Positions 39,464-60,700 of a stretch of 64,000 bases of DNA are shown here, piece after piece. Below the pieces are notes generated by a model. The model saw only the letters and a program-made list of their open reading frames with translations, was not told the DNA's origin and did no database searches. A program made the position numbers and the translations under genes. Where the stretch lies: NCBI GenBank assembly GCA_951406725.2, contig OX597818.1, positions 3,658,001 to 3,722,000 on the forward strand. Direction: 5' to 3'. Within the stretch, counting starts at the first letter, position 1. Each line of letters starts with the position of its first letter. The DNA is from Octopus vulgaris. Its lineage: Eukaryota.

Positions 39464-40286
39464 CTACTTACTGTTGTTGGTGGTGGGGGTGGCTCCCTTG
39501 TGCTTTTGCACGGGTGCTTCAATAATATTTTTGTAAAGTTTCTGAGAGAAACTTTTCCCTAACGATCCCACATCGTTAGGGAATATTTGTTTTATTTCGT
39601 TGTAAACTGTTTTGTTTATTTTTATTGTGAGAATGTGTGCTGGTGGTGTGTTGTGTGTAGGTATTATGAAATCTGTAATGTTTGTGCTTGTTTTGTTTTT
39701 CAAATACTCAACCAGTTCCTGGTTTCTTGTATTCACTGCTGTAATCGTGTCTGTAATTGTGTCTGTGTTTGTTTGTGTCTGTGGTAGTGGCAGTAGTGGT
39801 GTCGAAAGTGTTGTTGTTGTTGTTTGTTGTCGTGAGTGTGTGTTGTTGTTGATGTTGTTGTTGATGTTGGGAAGTACTATTTGTTCGTGTTTCCCCTGTA
39901 AATCTTTTTGTTTTTTCCTCCTTTTCTTTTTTGGAGGCACTATGTTCCATTCTCCTTTGTTGGAATCAGAGCTCGCACAATCCGAGATCTCTTCATCCGG
40001 CAAAGGAATGGTTGAGGGGTCTGCTTCAGTAGCAGGACGAAAAGTTTTTGGTTCCGCCGGTATCGGTGGTGCCGCTGCTCCTGTTACTGTTGATGTCGCT
40101 GCTGTCGACCTTCGAGGTACTGGTGTCGGTGTTGGTTTGGTGGTGGTTGTCGGTGTTGGTTTGGTGGTGGTTGTTGTTGTTGGAGGTGGTGTTGTTCGTC
40201 TTGGTGCTGGTGTTGGTGATGGTGTTGGTGGTGTGGCAGCCTTTGGTGTTTCTTGCTGTTTTTGTTGTTTCTGTTGTTGTTGCTTG

Positions 40287-40317
<31 letters not shown>

Positions 40318-41352
40318 GCTGCTGCCTCTTGCTGAAAGCCTCCATCCTCTTTTTGTGAATGGGACAGTCCCTCTTTAAGTGGCTTTCGCTGCTGCAGAGA
40401 AAACATTTTGGCTTTCGCCCCTCCACAGCAACGTTTAGCCTGGTGCCGTCCGGCAAACTTACGAAATCAGGGACTTTACTTATATTCTCTTGCTGAATTT
40501 GCGCAAGAAGCAGCACTCCCATCCCCAACCAGTTTTTCGCCCTCACTCTCCTGACATCTAGAATGGTGGTAGTGTCCTCTATATCATAGAGGACAGCTGC
40601 CACCAGCCATGACATATCTAGCTCAGGGGGTGCGAGGTCGATTTTTATTTTTGTTACTCTTCGCCCGAGGTGGGTCGGAACTAGTAACAAATTCTCAGTT
40701 TGCAAGGGCGAAATGGCGTTCGCCCTTGCAAGCTCCTCTGTTGGGAAGCGAACCTCCACGGTTCCAAAACGCTTCCCCTTGGTTACGTAGCTCTTTTGGG
40801 CCCAAATGGGCTTTAGAGCTATCTCCAACTGTTGGGGTGTGGCATTTGTTATTCTTTTTAGTTTTCTGTCGAAAACTTTGTAAATTATTGTTTTCTTGTT
40901 GGTGCTTTCAATCACCTCTTGTGGAGTATTGAGGAAGATGCCATTGCCATCCTTCCTCAACAACTCCTTCGCTCTTTTCACATCTTCTAGAGTTATCTTA
41001 ACTTCCTCCGAAATTTGCTTCGCAGCAGAAGCAAAATTGTTGGAAGTTTTTTCTTTTTCTCCGTGTCAATGTTTGTGATGATTTTTGTAATTGTTTTTTC
41101 TTCCTCCTCCTTCCGTACCAAAGCATTGGGTGAAGGCAGAGGGGGAAAATCGAGAATTACGTCGAACGCGACGTCCTGGCTTGCATTCTCCTTTTGAACC
41201 GAGCGCGTGCTCTCCGGTTCGGAAGGAGGAGCTCTGTTGCCTTTTACGGCCTGAAATGGGTTGTTCGCAACCCGTGACGTTATTTTTTTTTGTTCTTGTG
41301 GGGGGGGTGTTGCAAGAAGGAGGGAAGAGCCAGCAGCTCGTTTCAATGCCAT
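39464..41352 (-). CDS. Tx1 ORF1 (RRM-like region, CCHC knuckle, poly-Q/PT-rich tail), one frameshift near 41050
   Basis: ATG at 41352 (MALKRAAG...); knuckle CFLCSSESHLKRDC; lies directly upstream of ORF2. Confidence 0.88.
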
Positions 41353-41589
41353 TTTGTAATGTGTGTGTGCAAAAAATGTCAATTTCAAAAGGATAAACAG
41401 TAATTTCACCCCGAATGGGGCAAAATTTCGCCCAACCGACGAGCTCCGCAAGAAGCCGGTCGGTTTGGCTACAAAAATATTAAAAAATATTCAAACCTAT
41501 CAAATGATTTCCAATGAAATTGGTGTCAAATTCACGGAGCTGATTCACGTACGTCCATCGGCGTCGGAAGGAATAATAATAATAATAAT

Positions 41590-49879
<8,290 letters not shown>

Positions 49880-49889
49880 GAAAGAAATA

Positions 49890-50432
49890 AAGAAATTATT
49901 CTTCTATTAGCCACAAGGGTTCACATGCAAAAACATTAAATGACAATCAACACCATAAAAGACAAAAACAGGACGATACAATGGGTTTTGCAGCATGTAA
50001 ACACTATAAATATCAATTAAAACAAATTAAAATTCCCAGATGGGGTGACGCTTTAAGGTCCTCGTGGAAAAATCCACAAAATTCACGGGAGCCTGGTCAA
50101 CAGAGCAAGAGCCTTTCTCCTTTAATTCCTTTTTCATAGGTGCACGCTCAGAACTGGTCCTTTCACACTGGCAATTCTTCCAGAATTCACCCACCTTTCA
50201 ACAAACTTGCTAGAAGACAACACTTCCCTCTCCACCCTCAATTTCCTTTACAAGTGAAACTTGAAAAAGTTGATGTGGGCTTGGCCAAAGAGGAAAGTGT
50301 CTGTCTTTAGCCCTTTCAAACGGGTCCACCATACTACTTCTTTCGCTACGGCCACTAGACAAGTAACAATTGCTTGTCCCTCCCTGACGAAAGAAGTCGG
50401 CGGGGAAATCTTCACAAATGATTCAGCTGATA
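49890..50432 (-). mobile_element. 3' fragment of a related Tx1 subfamily
   Basis: Homologous to 35717-36290 (KEVVWWTRLKGLKTDTFLFGQ region and 3' UTR). Confidence 0.88.
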
Positions 50433-50530
50433 TTAATTAGGTATGTAACAATTACTAAAAATACTAAAAGAAACCAATTATTAAATGGTTGACCTCTGAA
50501 AATATTTTTATAAATTCATGTTCTAAGAAA

Positions 50531-53500
50531 TTTGTTTCTTTATTGCCCACAAGGGGCCAACATAGTGAGGACAACACAGCCTGATCGGGGTCAGACACAT
50601 AGATGAGTATATAAAAGTTTACAATGAAATTGGATGTGAAACGAATGAAATACTACTACCGGCACCTTTCATTAAAACTTATGGTATGCTCATGAAGAGT
50701 ATTTCACACACAACATCCGTGCTACACGCATCCATCTTTGAACATAGTCTCCGATAGGAATCTTCTCTCTAGCCCCACTTTCCTTTTCAGGTGGAAGGTG
50801 AAGAACCTCTTCAACCCAAGACCAGAGATGAAGTTGCCTGTCGCTAATCCTTTCATTCTTGACTTCCATATCAGCTCTTTTGCAATTGCTACATCTACGA
50901 GAAAACAATTCTTACCTTCTTTCGTGAAGAAATTCGGTGGGTCTATTTTTAGAATTGACTCAGACGACAGCTCTACTCTTCTCGAATCCAACAACAGGTG
51001 TTCCGCATAAGTTCACACTTCTGACACATCCGGACACTGAACAATAGCGTGCAGGACGGTTTCCCTATCCGGCTCACATCTTGGACAGGCCAATGGATCG
51101 GGCTGGCCGTGTCTGGTGAGCTTATCCCGAACGGGTAAGGCTCCTCGCTAACATTGCCAGGTCAGAGATTTTTAGAAGTTATCTAGTGTCCTCGGCCCGA
51201 ATGTCCTTTGGAACAGACTGTCTAGCTGGTTATCATCGAGATCCAGGGTCGCCCCCAGAGCATCATCACATCTAGCCTCTACCAACCTGCTATAGAAAGA
51301 TACGGTGGTACCAAAACTACTGGCACTACTCGAGTGACGGAACAGCGGGAGGGTCTTACGGCACTCCGTAAACCATGTACCCAACCTCGATCTTCGACGA
51401 AACCAGCTTTCTCGCCCACCGAAACTAGTGAACCTAGGAGACATCCGTTTCGCAAGCGGAGACCACACTCGTTCACCATCCAGGAGAAGCCGGATGTGTC
51501 TTAACCTCAGCGCGTGCTTGCGCATCAACAGCCAAGGCATTCCTAGTCCTCCCTTCAACGGCTTCGGATAGCAGAAAGCCTCACAAGTGGAGTCGAGCCC
51601 TTCCACAAAAAGCGGAAGATTTGTCTCTCCAGCTTGCTCAACCACGAATCAAGACAGGGAACGACGGTTAGGCGATAAAAGATGACCGATGCGATAAACA
51701 CATTGGCCATCTCCGCCCTCCCTTTCAAGGATAGCCACCGCCAAGACTAGGTCTTGACTATGAGGGTGACCTTGCTCGATACCTCTGCTCAGTTCTTTTC
51801 TACCTGGAGGTCTGGGCCAAACCAGAATCCTAGCAACTTAACCGGACCCATCGTCCAACATCCCACGACGCTATTCGAAGGCATCGACCTGCCCCTCCAC
51901 GTGCCGAGTTGCAAGCCGACTAATTTTTTCCGGTTAATCTTTGCTCCTGCCACCGTCTCGTAAACCTTAATGGCTTCGCCTACCCCCTGTAGATGTTCCA
52001 TCTTGGTCACGATGATGGTGATGTCGTCCGTGTATGCTGAAACCGATCCTCCATCAACTGGTTCCTTCGGGATACCACTCAACTTTCGCAGTAACGGCTC
52101 CAGAGCCATCACATACAAAAGCGACGAGAGTGGACGTCTTTGGCAAACCGAGCGCTTGATACAGAACGGCTTTGAAAGAAAGCCGTTCACCCGAACGATC
52201 GAGACGATGTTGTCATATAACTGTATGATCCACCAGAGGAAGCCAAGACCCAGCCCGAACTGCACTAGAACGGACACCAGGTAGCGATAGTTAACCCTAT
52301 CGAATGCTTTAGATTGGTCTAAACAGATCAGAGCCCCGCCCTTGCCAGAATCGTTACCAAACCCTTCTAAGTCGTAACGTATAAGATTGAGATTATCCTA
52401 GATGCTTCTTTCGGGGACAGCACAAGTCTGTGCCTTGACGATCAGACCATACATGGTACGTGCCAATCTTTTTGCTAACACCTTGGCCAAAATCTTTAAT
52501 TCTGTATTATCTATTCTATCCCCCTTGTCCGGGTCCTTTCTGACCAGAATTACCACTCCCCGGCGCACAGTTCTGGGAATCATCCCGTTCTACTGCCAGT
52601 TCGCGTAAATCCAGGCCAGTAGGTGCCCGAGCAAGTCTGGCATACTTTTATACCATTCGTAAGGTAGACCATCAAGACCCGGCATCTTACCAACGCCGCA
52701 GTCTACTTTAGCCTCAATCAGCTCCTCAGGTGTGATCGACCCTTCACAGCACTCCGCATCCCGCGCCAATAGACGCGGCAGTCTGGCCATGAAAAGCTGG
52801 GCGAAGTGCTCTTGAAAAGTCTTACACTACTCCTTGAGTTCGCTTACCAACTCACCTTATAGGTTCTCCAAAGATCGAACTGTAGAATTATTTCCACGTT
52901 GGGCTTCCACCACTCGAGCCCACCCAGCGGTTCTGATCCCCTCCTCGCAACCCATTGCACGAAGTCTAGCTCTGACAATACACTCCATGTGCTTGGCTTG
53001 GAGATGCTGGTTTAGTTCCAGTCTCTTCGCCATCACCTGAGCTGTACTGCCAGTCACCATGGCTTCCTCTAGGGTCTTAACTAGCTCTTTCCTCCTACGT
53101 TCTCTAGCCACTAAACCTTTGCTATATCTAATAGACTCAAATTTAATGACTCTTTTGAGGGCGTACCACCATCTGTTGTTAATAATGGTACCTGTCAATG
53201 CCCTCTGTATCCCCTCCTCGCAACCCATTGCACGAAGTCTAGCTCTGACAATACACTCCATGTGCTTGGCTTGGAGATGCTGGTTTAGTTCCAGTCTCTT
53301 CGCCATCACCTGAGCTGTACTGCCAGTCACCATGGCTTCCTCTAGGGTCTTAACTAGCTCTTTCCTCCTACGTTCTCTAGCCACTAAACCTTTGCTATAT
53401 CTAATAGACTCAAATTTAATGGCTCTTTTGAGGGCGTACCACCATCTGTTGTTAATAATGGTACCTGTCAATGCCCTCTGTATCAACAATTTAATCCGGT

Positions 53501-54840
53501 TCCTATACTCTTCAATCGTCAAACGGGACTTATTGAGTTTCCAGTAGCCGGAGCCTTTACTATATAGCTTATTTAGGTTCAGCTTACAAGTGAAACACTT
53601 GTGATCACTTTAGTTGACCGGGTGAAACTTTGGACACTTAGCTATATCTTAGTCTATTTTTCTAATTAGGATCCTATCTATATAAGACCTTGAAGACCCG
53701 TCGCCTCTTAACCACGTCCACAATAGTCGGGAATTCTAGTCTGTATGGATCTACTAGCTGAAAGCCGGAAGCCAGGATTCGATCTCCTATTCGTACTCGG
53801 GCCAACACTATCCACGCGTGCATCGTGAATAGTGATAAAGTCTCCTAACAAAACTAACGGATGCGATGTATCAAGAAACTTCTCTAGGTCTCGAAAATAT
53901 TCAGTCTGACCAGAATTGTGGGCGTAAATTGCCATCAGTCAACGTCTTCACCGTTTGACCCGTCCAGTTCCTATCTTCTATAACTTCTGCTGATAACAGC
54001 GTTATTTTATCTTCTAACTCCAACATTACTGCTGCCACCAGCCATTCAGCATTGATCTCCGGCGAAATATTGCTAATTTTAACTCAAGAGGTATATGGGC
54101 AGGAGCACCACCTCGTCCGTTCTCAATGGTTTGACCGAGTGAAGTTTTGCTTTTTCGGCCGACTCCATCCTCACTTCTATGGTTGCATATTTTTTCTCCT
54201 CGTTAAGTATTGGATCTCGCCCCATATGGGCTTCAGGCATTTTTCAATATATTTTTCTTGAACATATTCTATTCTGTTTTTTCTCCACATTATATATTTT
54301 GTAAATAATCGTCCTTTGTAACACGTCTGTTGCAATATTTTGTGGAGAGGCCACATTAATTTTGGTCCCCTCCCTTGACAATAACTCACTGTTTTCTCAA
54401 ATTTTCAGTATTAATTTATTTGCTCTTACTCCCGGCAGCTGCCACGAAGTTAATCTCCATTGCGTTACTTTGAGCTTCACCAGTTGTAAGACTGGGTACT
54501 GCTATGTTTTTCTTTACATTTATCTTCGTTTTTTCTTCCTTTTTAGGGGATGTTTTAGGTGAGTTTTCACTTTGGCATTTCTTTGGAGAGTCACTCTCCG
54601 AAAACAATCGTTCTGGTGTATTGCTCCATTTCAAAATGGCAACACACCAAAGTTCGCGCAGAAAAATATTTTGAACAACAACAATTCCCCCTCGCACGGG
54701 GGAATTGACAACAATTTGCTTTACAAAAAAGCAACAAACAGTTCTTTTTTTAAAAAACCAACTATCAACAAGTTTAACAACAACAACAACAATTTTCTTA
54801 CCTTCAGCAAAACACAACCAAACAGTACAAATCCAAACGA
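50531..54840 (-). mobile_element. Degenerate Tx1-clade element (distinct family) with an internal deletion near 54000 and a 273-bp tandem duplication
   Basis: ORF2 fragments (YAHNSGQ, GDF, PGLDG, AYTDD, GGLGMPWLL) and ORF1 fragments (EKCLKPIWGEIQYLTR); flanked by ATGTTCTAAGAAA on both sides. Confidence 0.9.
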
Positions 54841-54853
54841 ATGTTCTAAGAAA

Positions 54854-55650
54854 CTCCTTTCTTCAACATACATGTGGGGACACATAACACGAAAAATAAA
54901 TAAAATGAAAAATAAAATTAAACGTATGATAACATGAATGACACAATGATAATGAAAATGTGCTACTTGCTCCACTTCAAACAGCATCACTTCCTTTTAT
55001 CTTTTGAACCACATCTATTTCCGGTGGAATTCCTTCCACCCTAATCCTGGAAGTCCTTCTTCCCAAATAAGTGGGTAGAAGGACCACTTTGTCTGATTTT
55101 ACTGTGTTTATCGCGTGTTCCTTTGCTTTGTCTTCCGTCTTTCAAGACGGAAAATAGTTCCGAATTTATTTCCTTTGGCCAGATACGTTATGTCTTGCCA
55201 GACTGAGTACAATGCCTTTTCTATGATTCCAGCTTCTACATGTTCTATTTTCTTTTCCTCCACTGAATACATCTTGTATACTACAGTCTTTTTGTCTATT
55301 TCTTCTGGAATGGTGACAGCTTAACGTCCCCACCTACTCTATATGCCATTTTTTTCATATTTTTTCAATATTTGAAAGGTCTATCTCCTTTTTTTAACTT
55401 CTGTTACTTCTGCAAAGCTTTTCTTCCTCAGACATTTATCTATCCTGTCGACTGCAAGAATTAGTTCCTCCTCCGAAGAGGACAATTCGGAATCACAAAG
55501 GTCCGAATAGAACATCCTTTTTGCCATGGCTTCTCTCGATAAAATCCAGAAAAAGCACAACTAGAAAACCGCTGTAAAGCAGCACAAAGCCAACAATTCA
55601 AACAACAGTAACTTCAAACAATAATCAAACTTCAGCTCACTAGAATGTTC
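54854..55650 (-). mobile_element. Short ORF1-only Tx1-related element (HAL1-like)
   Basis: MAKRMFYSDLCDSELSSSEEE...KKTVVYKMYS...KGNKFGTI...VLLPTYLGRRTSRIRVEGIPPEID; no ORF2 sequence. Confidence 0.7.
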
Positions 55651-55656
55651 GACGAA

Positions 55657-57126
55657 ATTTGTTTCTTTATTGCCCACAAGGGGTTAACGGAAAGGGGACA
55701 TTACAAGGACATGTGGGGACATAGGAAAAAAAAACAAGAAAAGAAACAAAATTTCAAAAACGTATGTTATAATGGATGAAAATTAAAAGTGAGAAATGGA
55801 ATGAAGCCCCAACTCTGAGTCACTTCTCTTATACCATTTTCACTTTTTATATTTGGTTCCTGCCAAGACATCAAACTTGTACTCCTTCAATAGATGTACG
55901 TAATCCAAATGCTATGGCAATTTTTCGATATCCAGATCAATTTGCCACATTTCAAGTCCACTTTTAAACTTTTTGATTTTTTCTTTTTGCTTCCCATTTA
56001 ATAACAGGCTTCAATGAAACCCTTGTACATTATCAAATTTATTCGTGTCCACTGATCTTATGTCTTTCCACTTCCTGATCTCCTCGCACAGTTTCTTGTT
56101 TGTATTATCATTTAGCATAGTTTTTCTTTCTTTTCTTCGGGAGGTAGGGAAGTTGAAAGGCTTGTGTCCGTATGTATTTGTTTGTGTGCCAGAGGGGGGG
56201 TAGGTTCAACGTCTGTAGGCGGTGGGTGGGAGGAAGAGAGATTGGGTGGGGTTCTGTGTTTGTTTTACCAGATTTCTTCCTTTTCCTTTTTCTTTTACCG
56301 ACTGCTTCCCATTCTCCTGATTCACCTTTTTCTTCTGATTCTACTGGTAGTGGTGGTGTTACTTCTGTTTTTCTTGCTTATTCTTCCTTCATTTTGTCTC
56401 TAAATGTGGCCGCACTTGTAGCATCGAGGGATCCTGCCCTCTACTCTGACCACCATTATTATGTCTTCAATTGCTATGATCTCCGGTATTTCCTCAATAA
56501 TCTCTTTCGGTCCTTACCTACTTTCTGTCCAAGTTGCCTGGAGAACCGATATCTCTTCTTTATTATCGAGTAAGACAGCAGCTGCTATCCAGGTTGCGTC
56601 AACCTCTGGTGGGATTCCTTCTACACTGACCTTTACCGAGTGTCTTCCATGGTACGTAGGCAATAGCACCACTTCGTCGCTCTTTAAAATAATTGCCGCA
56701 TTCATCCTTGCCAAGTCTGCATCTTTAAATCTTACTTCCATTGTTCCGTACTTGACCCTCATCATTTTTGTATCATCACGCCTCATAATTTTTGTATAAC
56801 TTTTTCATTCATCCCATTCTATTCGGTGCTCTTTAATCTTTGCAATCTCCGCAAAGCTTCTATCTTCTCTCGCCTGTTTTTCTCTTATTCAACGAAATAT
56901 CTGACTGTTCTGAAGAGGACAGTTCTGAGCAGCTGATATCTGAGTCGCTGATATCTTCTAACATTTTCACTTGGCTTACCGTCCTCTATGAGGAGGGAAA
57001 GTACAAACAAACTACCACAAGGCAACACAAACAATAGTGTTCAAAGAATACTACAACAATTAAACAACGGTAATTTTAACCCATAAAACACCAAATAATA
57101 TAACTTCAGCTCACCAGAATGTTCGA
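55657..57126 (-). mobile_element. ORF1-only Tx1-related element (HAL1-like)
   Basis: KYGTMEVRF...LLPTYHGRHSVKVSVEGIPPEVD...VEGRIPRCYKCGH, then a 3' end CCCCTTGTGGGCAATAAAGAAA with no ORF2. Confidence 0.75.
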
Positions 57127-57129
57127 CGA

Positions 57130-57725
57130 AGTTAATTTCTTTATTGCCCACAAGGGGCCAACAGAGAGGGGACAATACAACTACATGTGGGGACATATAA
57201 CACAAAACAACATGCATATATTCCACCCTATTTTGTCCTGATAATCATCTGCACTCACAAACTTTGCTGTTTTCCAACTCGTTACCATCCGGATTAGCTC
57301 TGTATTGTCCTCGTCCGTTATTATGCACGCGTAAGGGGAGGGGAATTTTTTGTGCTTTGTTATGTCTGCGATTCTTTTTTTCTTTTTAGCTTGTCTAGGA
57401 GGGAAATGGGTGGGTTCGATGTCTGTAGGGAGAGGGTCTCAGAGGGTATGGGTGGGGTGGGCAAGGTTTGAGGGTTCCACATTACACTTTTTCTCTTCTT
57501 CCCTTTTCCATCTGCTACTCTCCATTCTTCCTCTCTTTTCTCCTCTTTTCCTTTTTCCTCCTCTTCCTTCTTTTCCGGCGTTTCTACTGTTGTTCGTTTT
57601 TGTAGAGGGCAGTGTGTTTTAAAACAGCGAGGAGTCTTGCCCTCCACCCACACTTTCAATACTAGTTCACCAATTGACACTGTTTTCGCCAGATTTTCCA
57701 GTATCTCCACCGCAGCTTGTATGAT
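57130..57725 (-). mobile_element. 5'-truncated ORF1-only Tx1-related element
   Basis: VWVEGKTPRCFKTHCP...EEWRVADGKGKKRK followed by the same 3' end as the 55657 element. Confidence 0.7.
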
Positions 57726-57729
57726 CATT

Positions 57730-60700
57730 CCATTCACACAGGCCACTCTTCCTACATACACCCACCCTTCGACAAACTTATTGGAGGACAGCACTCCCTC
57801 TCCAGACTCACCTTCCTTTTCAGGTGGAACCTGAAAAAGTTAATGAGGCCTTGGCCAAAGAGGAAGGCACCAGTCTTCAACTCTTTCAATCGCGAACACC
57901 ACACAACCTCTTTCGTCATAACCACCAGAAAAATATTCCTTTCCTTCTCGGCCAAAGGAAGGAGGTGGGGCAATCTTCACGATAGACTCGGACGATAGCC
58001 GGATTCGTCCTTCACGTGACAATAACTGTTCGAATAAGCTCCATAAGTCAGCAATGAGCGGACACTGTAAAAGTGCATGCAAAACGGTTTCTTAGCTCAG
58101 CATTCACCTCAGAGAAGACCGTCTTATAGCACATCCGTGCATATAGAGCTTATCACGAACCGACAGCGCTCCCCCCGCCCCGATAGTGCTGCTAGGCCAG
58201 AGATTTCTGAAAATTACACAGTGGCCCCGACCCGAGAGTCCTCCGGAAGAGACCAGTCAGGTGATCCCTCTCGTCGCTCTTGCCCTCCACTAATCCCCTA
58301 TAGAACTCCAAGGTGGAACTTTCACTGACCGCATTGCTCGAATGGCCAAGGGCTGTGAGCGCTTGGAGACACTCTAGGTGCCAAGCGCCCTGTCTCGGTC
58401 TACGCCTGATCCAGGACTTTAGTTCCGTCAAGGGGACAAGCTGCGGAAAAACTTGCTCAGGTATCGCTGGAGATATCACAACCTCAGCGCATGTCTGTGC
58501 ATCATCAGTCACGGCATCCTCCACGCAACGGGTGCTGACAGCAAATGGACCGTCTGACAAGCGGTACCCTTCTCCTCCACAAGAAGCAGAAGAACAAGCG
58601 CACCAGGCTGTTTAGCCACGAAGTCAGGCAAGGGGCGACAGTCAAATGGTACTATATAACGGATGCGATGTACGCATTCCCCACCTCCACCTAACCTTTC
58701 GAGAACGGCTTTCTTTCGACCCATTCTTGGGTAAGACTGGCCACCCTGTCTGTCACTTCTCCCCAGTTCTTGTCCACTTGGTGGTCCAGACCAAACCAGA
58801 CCCCGAGCAATTTAACCAGTCCTTCCGCCCAGCGCCCCACAACGCAGTCTGCCGGCATGGACCTACCTCTCCAGGTGCCGAGCTACAGGCCCACAGATTT
58901 CTCCTGGTTGATCATTGCTCCTGTCACCGCTTTGTATTCCCTTAGGGTAGTGCCGACCATCTCTATTTTAACGATATCCGACACTATCACGGTGACATCG
59001 TCCGCATACGCTGACACACCTCTTCTGCATCCTAGCTCAGGTGGAATGCCCCTCGAAACATTCAGCTTCCGCAATCATGACTCGAATGCCAGTACGTAGA
59101 GAGGGGGTGAGAGTGGGCATCCTTGACGGACCGAACGGGCGATGCTAAACGATTCCGACAGGTGGCCATTTACTTTGACCACCGAACATATGTTGCTGTA
59201 CATTGCGCCTCGGCTATCCAGGCCCATCGAACGGCTTAGAGCATGTGCCCTAGCTCTGTCAATGCAACCATCATCTTAGTGTTGAAGAATTGGTTCAGAA
59301 CCAATCTCGCTGCCAGCACGCCGGTCGTTATGCCTCTTCTAATTTCCTAACTAGTTCTCCCTCTTCTAATTTCCTAACTAGTTCTCCCTCTACTCTAGTA
59401 TTTTCTATCGCTGATTCCTTGCTAAATCCTACCGCTTCTACTTAATTGTCCATTTTAGGGCTGCCCACATTCGGTTGTTGACGTCTCCGCCTGTCAATTT
59501 TCGATAGACTAACTTAATAATCCGGTCTCTGAAAGCTTGGCGCACCAGGAAAGATGTGTTTAACTTCCAGTATCCGGGGCCCTGTCTATGGAGCCCACTT
59601 TGGTCGACCATACAGATCACAAACTTGTGGTCCGTATAGCTGACAACTTCAAATTGTAGACAACCTATGCTATACTTATCTGTTGATCTACAAAATACCC
59701 TATCTAGATAAGATCTGGATGACCCAACGCTATTTGCCCATGTCCACATTGGAGCATTTGGGAAATCCAGTCTGAGCCTGTCAGCCAATTGGAAACGACT
59801 AAGCAGATTTGCGAGGTTTGCGCACCCCACTTTCCTGTTAGCTAACCCCACCCAATCCACACGTGCATCTTAAGACAGCGTTTCAGCCACCAACTAACAC
59901 TAAATAGCGAGATATCCCAAGAAAGACCCCCAAACTTCTAAAGAAATTCGGCTGTCCCGCTCCAGACGGTGCGTACATAGCGACCAGTCTAAAGGCACTG
60001 CCTTCGCTATCATTAACGCCCAAGACCACCATCCTATATTCCGGGTTCAGGAAGACCGACCGTATCTCGAGATCCAGGCCTTTTCTGAACAACACCGTCC
60101 TCCCCATTCCCGGTCGACTAAGAGATGCAAAGATTTCATGATCATCGAAAATGGGTGCTTAGGCGCGCGTGTCCGAGATCCTAGTTTCATTGGCAGTTAT
60201 TACGTCTAATTTTCGCAACTTGAGGTCATTGAACAAGCATCCTTACTTCCAGACGACCCCAGACCGTGTACATTTATACTGCCCATTCTAAGCAATACGA
60301 TGTTAAGCGATGGGAATGTGTGATAGTAGGAGAGAGCTACTTACCAAAGCTTTGTAGGGGAGTGGGAGTGTCTACACCGTCCCTCTCGTTGCATGTGGGT
60401 TTTTCCCCAGCAGTTCCTTGTAAAGTCTGATGTTGAGGTCATTTTGAAAGGACTCTCTTAGGAGATATCTAGATTTCAAAATTTTGTAGTCGCTTTGGGT
60501 AGCTTTGAATATATTTATGTGTGCCGATATATTTGTGGTTGGTGTGACATAATTGGATTCGTTAATATCCATGTGTTTGTGGATGTGTTCTATTCGTTTT
60601 TTTTTTGCGTATAGCCGTGAGATTTATAATGTCTGGCTTATGATCATTTGATGGAATGCAGTCCATTTATTGTGTATGTAGGCTATGTTATGTTTGTGAT

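Larger units (their letters stand above)
35717..41571 (-). mobile_element. Full-length Tx1-clade (L1 group) non-LTR retrotransposon, copy A, inserted in (AAT)n
   Basis: 5' UTR + ORF1 + ORF2 + 3' UTR ending AATAAAAAAGAATT; (AAT)6 on both sides. Confidence 0.96.
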
